Source of the DNA: a bacterium
Lineage (GTDB): Bacteria > Pseudomonadota > Alphaproteobacteria > SP197
NCBI GenBank assembly: GCA_028821455.1
Contig: JAPPGE010000049.1
Location: 24,309 to 88,308, forward strand
Direction of reading: 5' to 3'
Length of the DNA: 64,000 bases
Part shown: in pieces, positions 41,004 to 49,557 of the stretch
How the letters are laid out: every line of letters begins with the position of its first letter
How positions within the stretch are numbered: the stretch's first letter is position 1
The notes under the pieces: model-generated
Database searches by the model: none
What the model saw: the letters and a program-made list of their open reading frames with translations, nothing else
What the model was told of the DNA's origin: nothing
Program-made: the position numbers and the translations under genes

Positions 41004-42116
41004 ATGTTCAAAGCTCGTGATCTCGGAATCGACATCGAGGAGATCGATCGGCGCCTGGCGGACAACTGGAGCCTGCCGACCCGGTTCTACTGGGATCCGA
41101 AGATCTTCGATCTCGAGATGGAGGCGATCTTCGCCAGGAACTGGCTTTACTTCGGATCCGTTCACCAGGTCGCCAGGCCCGGTGATGTCGCGGTGCGGCG
41201 AATGGGGCGCTTGCCGATCGTCGTGACGCGGGACAGGAGCGGCACGCTGCGGGCCTTCCTCAACATCTGCCGCCACCGTGGCTACACGGTCGTGGAAGGC
41301 AACAAGACGAACTGCCTGCGCCTCGCGTGCCGCTACCACGGCTGGTCCTACCATCTCGACGGCACCCTGGCGCACGCGCCGGATGCTGCGGGCGAGGCCG
41401 GTTTCTGCAGGAACGAACTGGGCCTCGCCACGGTCGCGATCGAGCAATGGGGCCCGGCGCTCTTCGTCAATCCCGATGCCGAAGCCGGCCCGATCGCGAG
41501 CTTCTGGGGCAGGGGCTACGCCAGAAGCGAGGCCGAGGGCCTCGCCCCGGACGCGGAAGGGTTCGAGCTCGTGCGCGAGGTGATCTACGACGTGGAGACC
41601 AACTGGAAGCTCTGGTACGACAATGGCGCGGAGTGCTACCACTGCGCCCTGATACACGGCGAATCCTTTGCCAACGCCTACCAGTCGGATGCCGGCACCT
41701 ACGAGACCGAGACCGGCCCGAACTTCAGCTTCAACATGTACCACGGCAAGCCGCGCGAGGGCGCAAACGCCGGCCCGGCGAGCGACAATCCGGTGTTGCA
41801 GGCCTTCCCCGGCTTCGTCGGCTTCCGCGACGGCGACATCCTGCATCACGCCGGCATGGTGCCGGTCGCGCCGGACCGCACCTGCCACGTCACGCACTAC
41901 TACGCGCGGCCCGGCACGGACCCCGATTACGTCAAGGCATGGTGCGACCTGTGGGACCAGACCTACCGCGAGGACAACGTGGTGACCGCGGATCAGCACC
42001 GCAATCTGGCTGCGGCCCAGCAGCCCTGGAATCGCTATGTTGCGAGCCGCGAGTTCGGGGCGCAGCACATCAGCCGGGAGATCTGGCGGCACTGCAAGGC
42101 CGCGCTTCAGGCCTGA
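41004..42116 (+). CDS. Rieske non-haem iron oxygenase alpha subunit (choline/carnitine monooxygenase-like)
   Basis: Rieske CRH..CRYHGW; NWKLWYDN..ECYHC..IH mononuclear Fe site; ED near the C-terminus. Confidence 0.88.
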   Translation: MFKARDLGIDIEEIDRRLADNWSLPTRFYWDPKIFDLEMEAIFARNWLYFGSVHQVARPGDVAVRRMGRLPIVVTRDRSGTLRAFLNICRHRGYTVVEGNKTNCLRLACRYHGWSYHLDGTLAHAPDAAGEAGFCRNELGLATVAIEQWGPALFVNPDAEAGPIASFWGRGYARSEAEGLAPDAEGFELVREVIYDVETNWKLWYDNGAECYHCALIHGESFANAYQSDAGTYETETGPNFSFNMYHGKPREGANAGPASDNPVLQAFPGFVGFRDGDILHHAGMVPVAPDRTCHVTHYYARPGTDPDYVKAWCDLWDQTYREDNVVTADQHRNLAAAQQPWNRYVASREFGAQHISREIWRHCKAALQA

Positions 42117-42362
42117 CCCCCCGGCAGCGCCCCCGCATCCTTCACGGTCGAAGTCCACGATCGAGGCCCGGCCGGACGTCACGCATGAGCCAGTTCCCGA
42201 AACTCTGCTGCAGCCAGGATACGTGTTCGACTGGACCCGAGCCGGTGCTGGAAGAAACAGGTACCCCCAGGGCCGCCGGGTGACTTGCCATCGGACCGGC
42301 CTCTGTGGTCTAGATGGCGGCCGCCGCAACAGCCGGGCAGGCGCATGATCTAAGGAGACGAG

Positions 42363-43655
42363 GTGATGAGTGACGGCAAGACGATTGTTTTCTTCCCCGA
42401 GGCCGCATTCGGGCCGGCCCTCAATTCGGTGGGCATCGCCCAGGTCTGCCGCGACATGGGGCACCGGCCGGTGTTTCTGGCGGATCCGGGATTCACCGGG
42501 GTCTTTGCGGACTACGGCTTCGAGGAGCATGCCGTGCCGATGTCCGAGCCCATGGAGCCCGAGGCGATGGCGCGATACTGGTCGGACTTCATCAACGGCC
42601 AGATTCCGAACTTCCACACGCCGCCCATCGAACAGGTCTCGACCTACATCAAGGCCTGCTGGGAGGCGATCGTCGAAACCGCCGTGTGGGCCGAGAAGTC
42701 CCTTCCCGGCGTCCTTGCAGAAGTCGAGCCCGATCTCATCTGCGTCGACAACGTGGTGCTCTTCCCCGCCACCAAGCGTCACGGCGCGCCCTGGGTGAGG
42801 ATCATCTCGTGCAGCGAGAACGAGATCGAGGACCCGGATATCCCGCCCCATCTCTCCGGGTGCCGCGAGGATGATCCGGAAGGCTTCCGCCTCTATCGCG
42901 AGGCCTTCGAGAGGGAGATCGCCCCCATCCACGCGCAGTTCAACGAGTTCATCGTCTCTTGCGGCGAGGAGCCCTATCCGCTCGGCCAGTTCTTCGAAAC
43001 CTCCCCCTGGCTCAACCTCCTGCACTATCCCAAGCCCCTCGCCTTCCAGCGCCGCCACCCCCTGGACGAGGAGACGTTCGTCTACCTCGAGGGCTGCATC
43101 CGGGAGGAAGACCCCTACACCGTCCCGGACTTCCCCGTGAACCAGGCGAAGCCGCTCGTCTACGTCAGCTTCGGCAGCCTGGGATCGGGCGACACGGATC
43201 TCATGAAGCGCCTGATGGCGACGCTGGGCACGCTGCCCGTGAGGGTGCTGGTCAACGTCGGGGACTATGGCGAGGCCTACGACCATGTGCCGCCGAACTG
43301 CCATGTCGACAGCTGGTATCCGCAGCCTTCGGTCATCGCCGAAGTCGATGCCGTCATCCATCACGGCGGCAACAACAGCTTCAATGAGTGCCTCTACTTC
43401 GGCAAGCCGTCGCTGATCATGCCTTACTGCTGGGACGGCCACGACAACGCAACCCACATCGACGAGAGGGGCTACGGCCTCGCCATGGAACGCTACACGT
43501 GGAAGGACGCGGACATCGCCGCCGCCCTCGAGAGGCTGTTGAGCGACGCCGCCATGAAGCAGCGACTCGAGTCCCTCTCGGCGCACATGCAGGCCGAGGA
43601 CGGACGCCGCAAGGGCGCCAGGGCCCTCGACCATCTGCTCCGGAAGGGCGCATGA
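42363..43655 (+). CDS. UDP-glycosyltransferase (GT1/MGT-like)
   Basis: VYVSFGSLG, WYPQ..HHGGNNSFNE..GKP..MP..D (PSPG-like box). Confidence 0.88.
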   Translation: MMSDGKTIVFFPEAAFGPALNSVGIAQVCRDMGHRPVFLADPGFTGVFADYGFEEHAVPMSEPMEPEAMARYWSDFINGQIPNFHTPPIEQVSTYIKACWEAIVETAVWAEKSLPGVLAEVEPDLICVDNVVLFPATKRHGAPWVRIISCSENEIEDPDIPPHLSGCREDDPEGFRLYREAFEREIAPIHAQFNEFIVSCGEEPYPLGQFFETSPWLNLLHYPKPLAFQRRHPLDEETFVYLEGCIREEDPYTVPDFPVNQAKPLVYVSFGSLGSGDTDLMKRLMATLGTLPVRVLVNVGDYGEAYDHVPPNCHVDSWYPQPSVIAEVDAVIHHGGNNSFNECLYFGKPSLIMPYCWDGHDNATHIDERGYGLAMERYTWKDADIAAALERLLSDAAMKQRLESLSAHMQAEDGRRKGARALDHLLRKGA

Positions 43656-43990
43656 CCGAGGCGTCGGTCCTCGCCGACGGACCGCTTGTCGACTGGGGAC
43701 CGGTCGAGACACCGCTGGGCGAGCCCGTGTCGCGGACGTCGGGACGGCTCCTTGAAGGCGGGTCCGGCCGCTTCCCCGAGGCCGGGTACTGGCGCTGCAC
43801 CGAAGGCCGCTGGCGCTGCGAAATCGCGCGGAGCGAGTTCTGCCACTTTCTCGAGGGTGACTGCACCTACACGAGCGATGATGGCGCCGTCATCGACGTG
43901 ACCGGCGGAAAGACAGTGTGGTTCCCCGAGGGCTGGAAAGGCGAATGCCGGGTCCTGAAGACCGTCTCCAAGGTCTACCTCATCGTCTGA
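43652..43990 (+). CDS. Cupin (DUF861/EutQ-like)
   Basis: GYWRCTEG.W, EFCHFLEG, FPEGWKG, KVY; ATGA overlap. Confidence 0.85.
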   Translation: MTEASVLADGPLVDWGPVETPLGEPVSRTSGRLLEGGSGRFPEAGYWRCTEGRWRCEIARSEFCHFLEGDCTYTSDDGAVIDVTGGKTVWFPEGWKGECRVLKTVSKVYLIV

Positions 43991-45294
43991 CCGCCCTCCC
44001 AAGACGCGCCGGGAGCTGTCTTGCTCTCCTTTGCGTCCTGGGGTTCCACGTGTCGGCCTGGGGCTCCGCCACCACAGCACGACTCGAAGAACTCACCAGA
44101 ACCCTTCTGGAGGCGGGCCTCGGCGGGGATGCCATCACCTACCGGATCGCCATCGCGGAAGGGGACGATGGCGCCATCGTCGCAAGTCTCTCGGACATCG
44201 CCGTGGGCGATGCAACCACGCCTCTCGTTGTCGACGACGTCGCCGTCACCTGGAGGCCGGCAGGCGACCGCCTCTACACCGCTACTCTGACAATACCGGC
44301 TGTCAGCGTACTCAATGACGAAGGCGACACGATTGCCAGCCTCACGGCAGGCGGCGGGAAACTCAACCTGCTGGTCCACATCGATACCGGGCTCCTCAAA
44401 TCCGGCACCATGGACGCCACCGGCGTGACCGTGTCCCTGGCCGGGGGCGCGACCATGGTCCGCATCGACCACCTGGCAGCGTCCGTGATTCCCGAAGAGA
44501 CCGCACCTGCAACCTGGGCGGGTCAGGCTCAACTTGACCTGGTCGGGCTAGCCGTGACGGGAGATGACGGGACGGCTGTCGCGCTGACCCGCGGCCGTGC
44601 CGCCGGATGGTTCCGCGACATCCCGGCGACACCGGTCCTGGGAAGCCTGCCCGAAGGAGCCTCCCTCAGGGGCGAGGTAGCCCTGGAGGACCTGTCCGCG
44701 GCCGGCGGATCCGGCTTGCGGGCCGGCATGGAGTCATCCCTCCTGGAGTTCACCGTGGCGGGCACCGGCGGCGACCTCGGCTCCATCGCGCTCCGCTACA
44801 GCCACGAGGGTCTCGCCCTGGAGGACGCCGGCCTGGCGCCGGTCGTGCCACGGTCGCTCGCTGGCGACGTGAACCTCGATGCCGTGCCGGTCGCCGACCT
44901 CGTCGCGGCCTTCGACCGCCCGTTCGCAAGCAGCCTGCCGGAAGGCGCCACGCTCGGCCTTGAGCTGGACTGGACATGGCCGGACGGCGCCGGCAACGCC
45001 AGCGGCCGGCTCGCCTCGGCGCCTCTCGCACCGGTTCCGGCCACCGGGACCGTCAGGTTCATCACCGGCGGCATGGCGGACCTGGTCGAGAACGTGATCG
45101 CGGCGGCCCATGCCGGCAATCGCCAGGCAAGTCACCTTGTCACCTACCTCGCTCTCTTCAGGGCCATGGGCCGCCACGACGAGACGCAGGCAGAGCCACG
45201 CCTCGTCCACGACATCGAGCTGCTGCCCGACAACAGGATCCTGGTGAACGACAACGACATCAACATCCTCCTCAGCCTGCTGGGAGCCGACTGA
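43918..45294 (+). CDS. Exported hypothetical protein, paralog of 45457-46959 (true start uncertain, possibly near 43987)
   Basis: Signal-like N-terminus; colinear similarity to the neighbouring ORF. Confidence 0.7.
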   Translation: MVPRGLERRMPGPEDRLQGLPHRLTALPRRAGSCLALLCVLGFHVSAWGSATTARLEELTRTLLEAGLGGDAITYRIAIAEGDDGAIVASLSDIAVGDATTPLVVDDVAVTWRPAGDRLYTATLTIPAVSVLNDEGDTIASLTAGGGKLNLLVHIDTGLLKSGTMDATGVTVSLAGGATMVRIDHLAASVIPEETAPATWAGQAQLDLVGLAVTGDDGTAVALTRGRAAGWFRDIPATPVLGSLPEGASLRGEVALEDLSAAGGSGLRAGMESSLLEFTVAGTGGDLGSIALRYSHEGLALEDAGLAPVVPRSLAGDVNLDAVPVADLVAAFDRPFASSLPEGATLGLELDWTWPDGAGNASGRLASAPLAPVPATGTVRFITGGMADLVENVIAAAHAGNRQASHLVTYLALFRAMGRHDETQAEPRLVHDIELLPDNRILVNDNDINILLSLLGAD

Positions 45295-45456
45295 ACCGGC
45301 TGCCGCACGGGCGGGATCCTTGTACTTCGCTGGTCGGACTGTCGCGAGGGACATCCATTCCTGCCGACGAGCAGGGCCGGACCCCGCGCAGCGGTCCGAA
45401 GAACTCGAGCGCCCTCCGGCGCATCAGGGCTTCGGGCTTGCGACACGGGACGAGCC

Positions 45457-46959
45457 CTATTGCATCGCGTCTTCCAGCACCGGACCTCCCATATCGTTGC
45501 CGTTGAGCAGGATGCGGCCTTCCGGAGTGAGCTCGAGGTCGTAGACGTGCCTTACCGCGCTGGCCTCCTCGACGCGCCGGCCCATCGCCTGCATGGCCGC
45601 GAGCACTTGTGCGGTCTCCTGCGCTCCGGCATCGCCCGAGGCCGCCATGCCTGCCAAATGCTCTGCGAGGCCGTCGAGGCCGAGCACCTCGAGCCGCGCC
45701 GTGCCGACGGCCATCATGGGCGACTGTCCGGATGCGGTGAACCGCCCGGCAAGGTCCGCCCGCAGCGCGGCGCTCTCGTAGCCCAGACGCTCGATTTCGA
45801 ACACGCTCCCGGCCCGCAGTACGTGCTGCAGCGCGAGCATCCCGAAGTCCCGGGCATCGAAGGGGACGAGGTCGTTGAGGGCGTTCCGAAACATGTCCCC
45901 GCCCAGCACCGCCAGATCGAGGGAGGGGAGATCGCGGAACGCCAGGCGCAGGTCGACGTCATGGGGCACGAGATCGCCCTCGAGGCTCCCCACCGGAACG
46001 GTGAGACCGGCGTGGCCGTACTCGACGACGAAGGAGGCAGCGTCGGTGTCCAGCCCCTCCATCACCGTGCCAAAGTTCACGGCGTCGAAACTGAACTCCT
46101 GGAGCGAGTCGGGATCGCGCAAGAAGAAGTCCGACAGGTCGACCGTCATGGACACGCTCTCCATGAGAGGCGCCCGCGCCATGGCCAGATCCGCGAGCCG
46201 AGCAGCGGTCTCCTCCATCCAGTCCTCGCCCGGCGGTTCGGTGCCCTCTATCTCCTGGAAGGCTTCGGTGGCGGCGGCGAGGAAAACGAGGTCCCAGCCG
46301 CCATAGGCGACCTCGGCATCAAGTCGCGCGAGTCCGAGCCCGTCAAAGCCGTTCAAGGCGAGCCGGACGCCCTCGACGCTCATGGAGCCAGGGCCGCTCC
46401 ATTTCCCGTCCCGGTCTTCCTGGAGCGACGACCGCAGCGCCACCTGATCGACGGAGAACCGAAACTCCCCCTCGTAGGGAAATGTTCCGTGGAAGATCAG
46501 GTCCGTGAAGAGGCAGTCGGAGTCGGTCCAGGCGTCGACGTCGGGAACGTAGGACCCGACGCACCGCTGGCTGCCGAGAGAGGTACCGCCGAGCAGGGCG
46601 CCCCCGTCGTCGTAGAGCGACGTGGTCCGGGGCAGACGCAGCGTCGAGCGGTAGCGGTCCGGACCGTCCGGAACCAGATCGAGTCCCGCTTCGCCGATCG
46701 CCCAGACGAAGTCGGGTCCGGAAAGAGCAATGTCGCGCACGACAAGCGAGATGGCACCACCCGCGTCCTCGCTCACGTCGACGACGTAGCCGACACCACC
46801 GCCGTTGCGTTCCAGCTCGATCGAGATCTGGTCCATGAACCTCTCGACCTGCTGTCGCAGAAGCGAGGCCGCGTCGGACTCGTCGGCCGTGACCTGCGCC
46901 ACGGCGGGAGAGGCTGCCAGGGCCGCGCACAGGAGAAGGGCGGAAATCGACCGGGTCAC
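45457..46959 (-). CDS. Exported hypothetical protein, paralog of 43918-45294
   Basis: Clear signal peptide (AVA-Q); acidic beta-rich body; shared C-terminal motif. Confidence 0.78.
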   Translation of the reverse strand: MTRSISALLLCAALAASPAVAQVTADESDAASLLRQQVERFMDQISIELERNGGGVGYVVDVSEDAGGAISLVVRDIALSGPDFVWAIGEAGLDLVPDGPDRYRSTLRLPRTTSLYDDGGALLGGTSLGSQRCVGSYVPDVDAWTDSDCLFTDLIFHGTFPYEGEFRFSVDQVALRSSLQEDRDGKWSGPGSMSVEGVRLALNGFDGLGLARLDAEVAYGGWDLVFLAAATEAFQEIEGTEPPGEDWMEETAARLADLAMARAPLMESVSMTVDLSDFFLRDPDSLQEFSFDAVNFGTVMEGLDTDAASFVVEYGHAGLTVPVGSLEGDLVPHDVDLRLAFRDLPSLDLAVLGGDMFRNALNDLVPFDARDFGMLALQHVLRAGSVFEIERLGYESAALRADLAGRFTASGQSPMMAVGTARLEVLGLDGLAEHLAGMAASGDAGAQETAQVLAAMQAMGRRVEEASAVRHVYDLELTPEGRILLNGNDMGGPVLEDAMQ

Positions 46960-47545
46960 GGAGGCCTCCCACGGGTGGGGATGCGATCCTGAAGGTTAGG
47001 GCATGGAGCCCTGGTGCGACAACCCCGCACGCACCGCCCGAAGTGGGCCGCCCGGTCGCCGACATCGGCCGGGAATCGGCGAACAACCGGTTCCACCTCC
47101 CTGCGGATGACGTCGATCACGGCCACTCCCCGCTAGTAGGCAACCAGGCTTCGATGCACCAGGAGGCCGTCCAGGCGCAGCAATTCGGTGTGAACCACCA
47201 GGTCACCTCCTATAGAGGCACCACAACTGACAACGACCCTGCTTTCCCTCTCGCCAATAGAGCACATTATCAAAGTGTTGAATGGCGCGTCAACACCCTT
47301 GTGGCCCGGCTCACATGACCGTATTTCACTGGCACTCCTCGTTGGAGGAGTTGCATTTCCGGAACGCGACATTACGTCACGGGCAATGCCATGACGAAGC
47401 ACCACTTCTGCCATTGTACGAACTTGTTGCGAAGGCAGACCTACGGTAATTTACGCAGGAACACCAAACCAACGGAATCCGTCATGGTCCTGGTCGTCGG
47501 ACCTTTGCACGAGGAGGGCGAACGCCATTCCATCAGACCCCAATA

Positions 47546-47669
47546 TGACCACAACACGCGATCCTCCGGCAACCACAGGACACACCTTGCAGACACCATA
47601 CGACTGACCACATTTTGACCATACCATGATCCGGATGTCACCATCCAGCCTGACCACAACATGACCTCA
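47546..47669 (+). repeat. Cluster of TGACCA direct repeats upstream of the RHH genes
   Basis: TGACCACAACA at 47546 and 47651; TGACCACA 47605; TGACCATA 47616; TGACCTCA 47662. Confidence 0.65.
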
Positions 47670-47678
47670 GGAGGAGCC

Positions 47679-47981
47679 ATGAACGACGCACCGAGGAAGC
47701 AGCGCGCGGTCATGATGACCGACGCCGAGTGGCAGGACCTGAAGGAGAGCGCGACCGCCGCCGGAATGCGCGTCTCGCCCTTCATCGTCCACCGCCTCGC
47801 CGCCCTGCGCGGCGACGACGGGGATGCCGACATCGCCGACACCCTGGCCCGCATGGAACGCTCCCTGGCCTGTCTCGAGGAGATCGAGCGGCTGCGCCAC
47901 GCCGGCGATCCGCAGACCTGGAAGACCATCGGCGAGCGGGTCGATGCCCGCCTCGCCCTGGAGCGGAGGCTGGGCGGATGA
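47679..47981 (+). CDS. Ribbon-helix-helix/MobC-like protein 1
   Basis: AGGAGG RBS; RAVMMTDAEWQDLKESATAAGMRVSPFI matches the MobC RHH pattern. Confidence 0.75.
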   Translation: MNDAPRKQRAVMMTDAEWQDLKESATAAGMRVSPFIVHRLAALRGDDGDADIADTLARMERSLACLEEIERLRHAGDPQTWKTIGERVDARLALERRLGG

Positions 47982-48286
47982 CCGGCGAGCGGGCCCGGCA
48001 GAGGAGCTACTACTGCTCGGCGAAGCAGCAGGCGATCATCGTGAAGCGGGCGAAGAAGGCGGGCATGACGAGATCGGCCTTCATGGTCGCCTGCGCACTC
48101 CACGACGAGCCGGTGGGCGCCGAGGCGCTGGCGAGCCGCGCCGAACAGAAGGCCCTTCTCGAGCAGATCCAGGCCGCCGGCGAGGCGGCGATGCGCCTCA
48201 ACGCGCCTCTGCCGGATCTCGGCATGACCGTCATCGACGCGCTTGAGGTGCTGTGCCGCCTGAAGGGCCAGGAGGCGGCTCCGTGA
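47978..48286 (+). CDS. Ribbon-helix-helix/MobC-like protein 2
   Basis: RSYYCSAKQQAIIVKRAKKAGMTRSAFMVACAL; ATGA overlap. Confidence 0.72.
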   Translation: MTGERARQRSYYCSAKQQAIIVKRAKKAGMTRSAFMVACALHDEPVGAEALASRAEQKALLEQIQAAGEAAMRLNAPLPDLGMTVIDALEVLCRLKGQEAAP

Positions 48287-48720
48287 CGCGCCGTCCGAAG
48301 AGACCGGACAAGCATTCGCTCTCCTGCACCGACGAGCAGTGGGAGAGGATCGGCGCCCGGGCGTCCCGTGCCGGCATGCCGACCTCGGCCTACCTCGTCC
48401 AGGCCGCTCTGGCGGTCGATCCTACACGGGCCAAAGTCGATGTCGCCCGCGCCATGGAACTCCAGCAGGAGATCGCGGACGCCGCCCGGCGGATCGTCGC
48501 GCACCTTCCTCCGGTGCCGCCAGAGACGGCGGCATCGTTCTGGACGACCCTCCACGACCGCATCTCCTTCATCGTGCGCATGACGATGAACGACATGCTG
48601 GCCCAGGGGCGCCGCGGCGAACTCGAACGCCACCTCGACCGCCAGTTCGGCGCCGGCGAGGGTGCTGCCAGGGTCGCCTCCTACCTGGAGCGCACGGGAC
48701 GCGACGACATGCCGGAGTAG
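48283..48720 (+). CDS. Ribbon-helix-helix/MobC-like protein 3
   Basis: HSLSCTDEQWERIGARASRAGMPTSAYLVQAAL; GTGA overlap. Confidence 0.75.
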   Translation: MTRRPKRPDKHSLSCTDEQWERIGARASRAGMPTSAYLVQAALAVDPTRAKVDVARAMELQQEIADAARRIVAHLPPVPPETAASFWTTLHDRISFIVRMTMNDMLAQGRRGELERHLDRQFGAGEGAARVASYLERTGRDDMPE

Positions 48721-48948
48721 ACCGTTTTCCGGAAGTGTCGCCGGCCACCACAGGAGAGCTCAGCCCGCCGTCCGGTGGGGCTATGTCAACAAGGGTGACC
48801 GTGCGGCACACACTGGTGATCCGATATCAGACGCGGATGCCCGAGAGTGGGGTGCCGTCCCCGGGGTCGAGTGGAAAATGCGCATGGCATGCATCTCGAA
48901 CAATGGGGGGGTGCGAACATCCTCCCCGCCCGGAGCCGGAATGCGCGA

Positions 48949-49551
48949 TCAGCGTGCGGATCTGACCGCAATGGCCAGCCCGGAAGCCCAGGCCACCTCG
49001 ACCACCGTGCAGTCCGGCCGCTGCTTCAATGAGGCCAGCAACCCGGCAACTCTCTTGCCATGACCATCGGGCCAGTTCCCTTGTGGCAGCATGTCGTCAA
49101 CGACATAGATGCCGCCGGGACTCAGACGCTCCCAGACGCTCGAGAACTGCACGTACTTGCCCGGGATGGCGTCAGCAAAAATGAGATCGAACGACAGGTC
49201 TGCGTTGGCTTCCAGCCAGCCTATGGCGTCTGCGACGACAAACCGCACTCTCGGATCCTGGCCCAGAATTCGTTCCGCCACGGCCACCACGTCGCGATCG
49301 GTGTCGATCGTTTGGAGCAACGAGGCGCCGTCCATGCCGTCGAGCAGCCAGGCAGTGGCGAGTCCCGTGCCGGTTCCGATCTCAAGCAGTCGGCCTGCCG
49401 GCTTGCTGGCGGCCAGAACACGCAACAGCGCCCCGGTGTCGCGCTCGCTCGGCATGCCAAAGCCCTGCCTGGCGGTTGCCTCCTCGATTGCCGTGAGCTG
49501 TGCGGGCAACCGCATGCCGGCGTTCTCGTGCATCGCAAAATCAACTCTCAC
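48949..49551 (-). CDS. Class I SAM-dependent O-methyltransferase (start uncertain)
   Basis: LLEIGTGTG, FDLIFADA..GK, L.PGG.YVVDD. Confidence 0.85.
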   Translation of the reverse strand: MRVDFAMHENAGMRLPAQLTAIEEATARQGFGMPSERDTGALLRVLAASKPAGRLLEIGTGTGLATAWLLDGMDGASLLQTIDTDRDVVAVAERILGQDPRVRFVVADAIGWLEANADLSFDLIFADAIPGKYVQFSSVWERLSPGGIYVVDDMLPQGNWPDGHGKRVAGLLASLKQRPDCTVVEVAWASGLAIAVRSAR

Positions 49552-49557
49552 GCGCGG

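Noticed and set aside
40899-43712. 937-aa minus-strand ORF
   Set aside because: Antisense shadow of the Rieske and glycosyltransferase genes; no motifs; long shadow frames are expected at high GC.
47133-47135. Pyrrolysine-type amber recoding
   Set aside because: No pyl genes in the window and no recognisable enzyme; decay or a short peptide is more parsimonious.
46960-47500. tRNA/att integration site or integrase at the island's left edge
   Set aside because: No tRNA cloverleaf, T-loop motif, integrase ORF or recognisable direct repeat found by eye.
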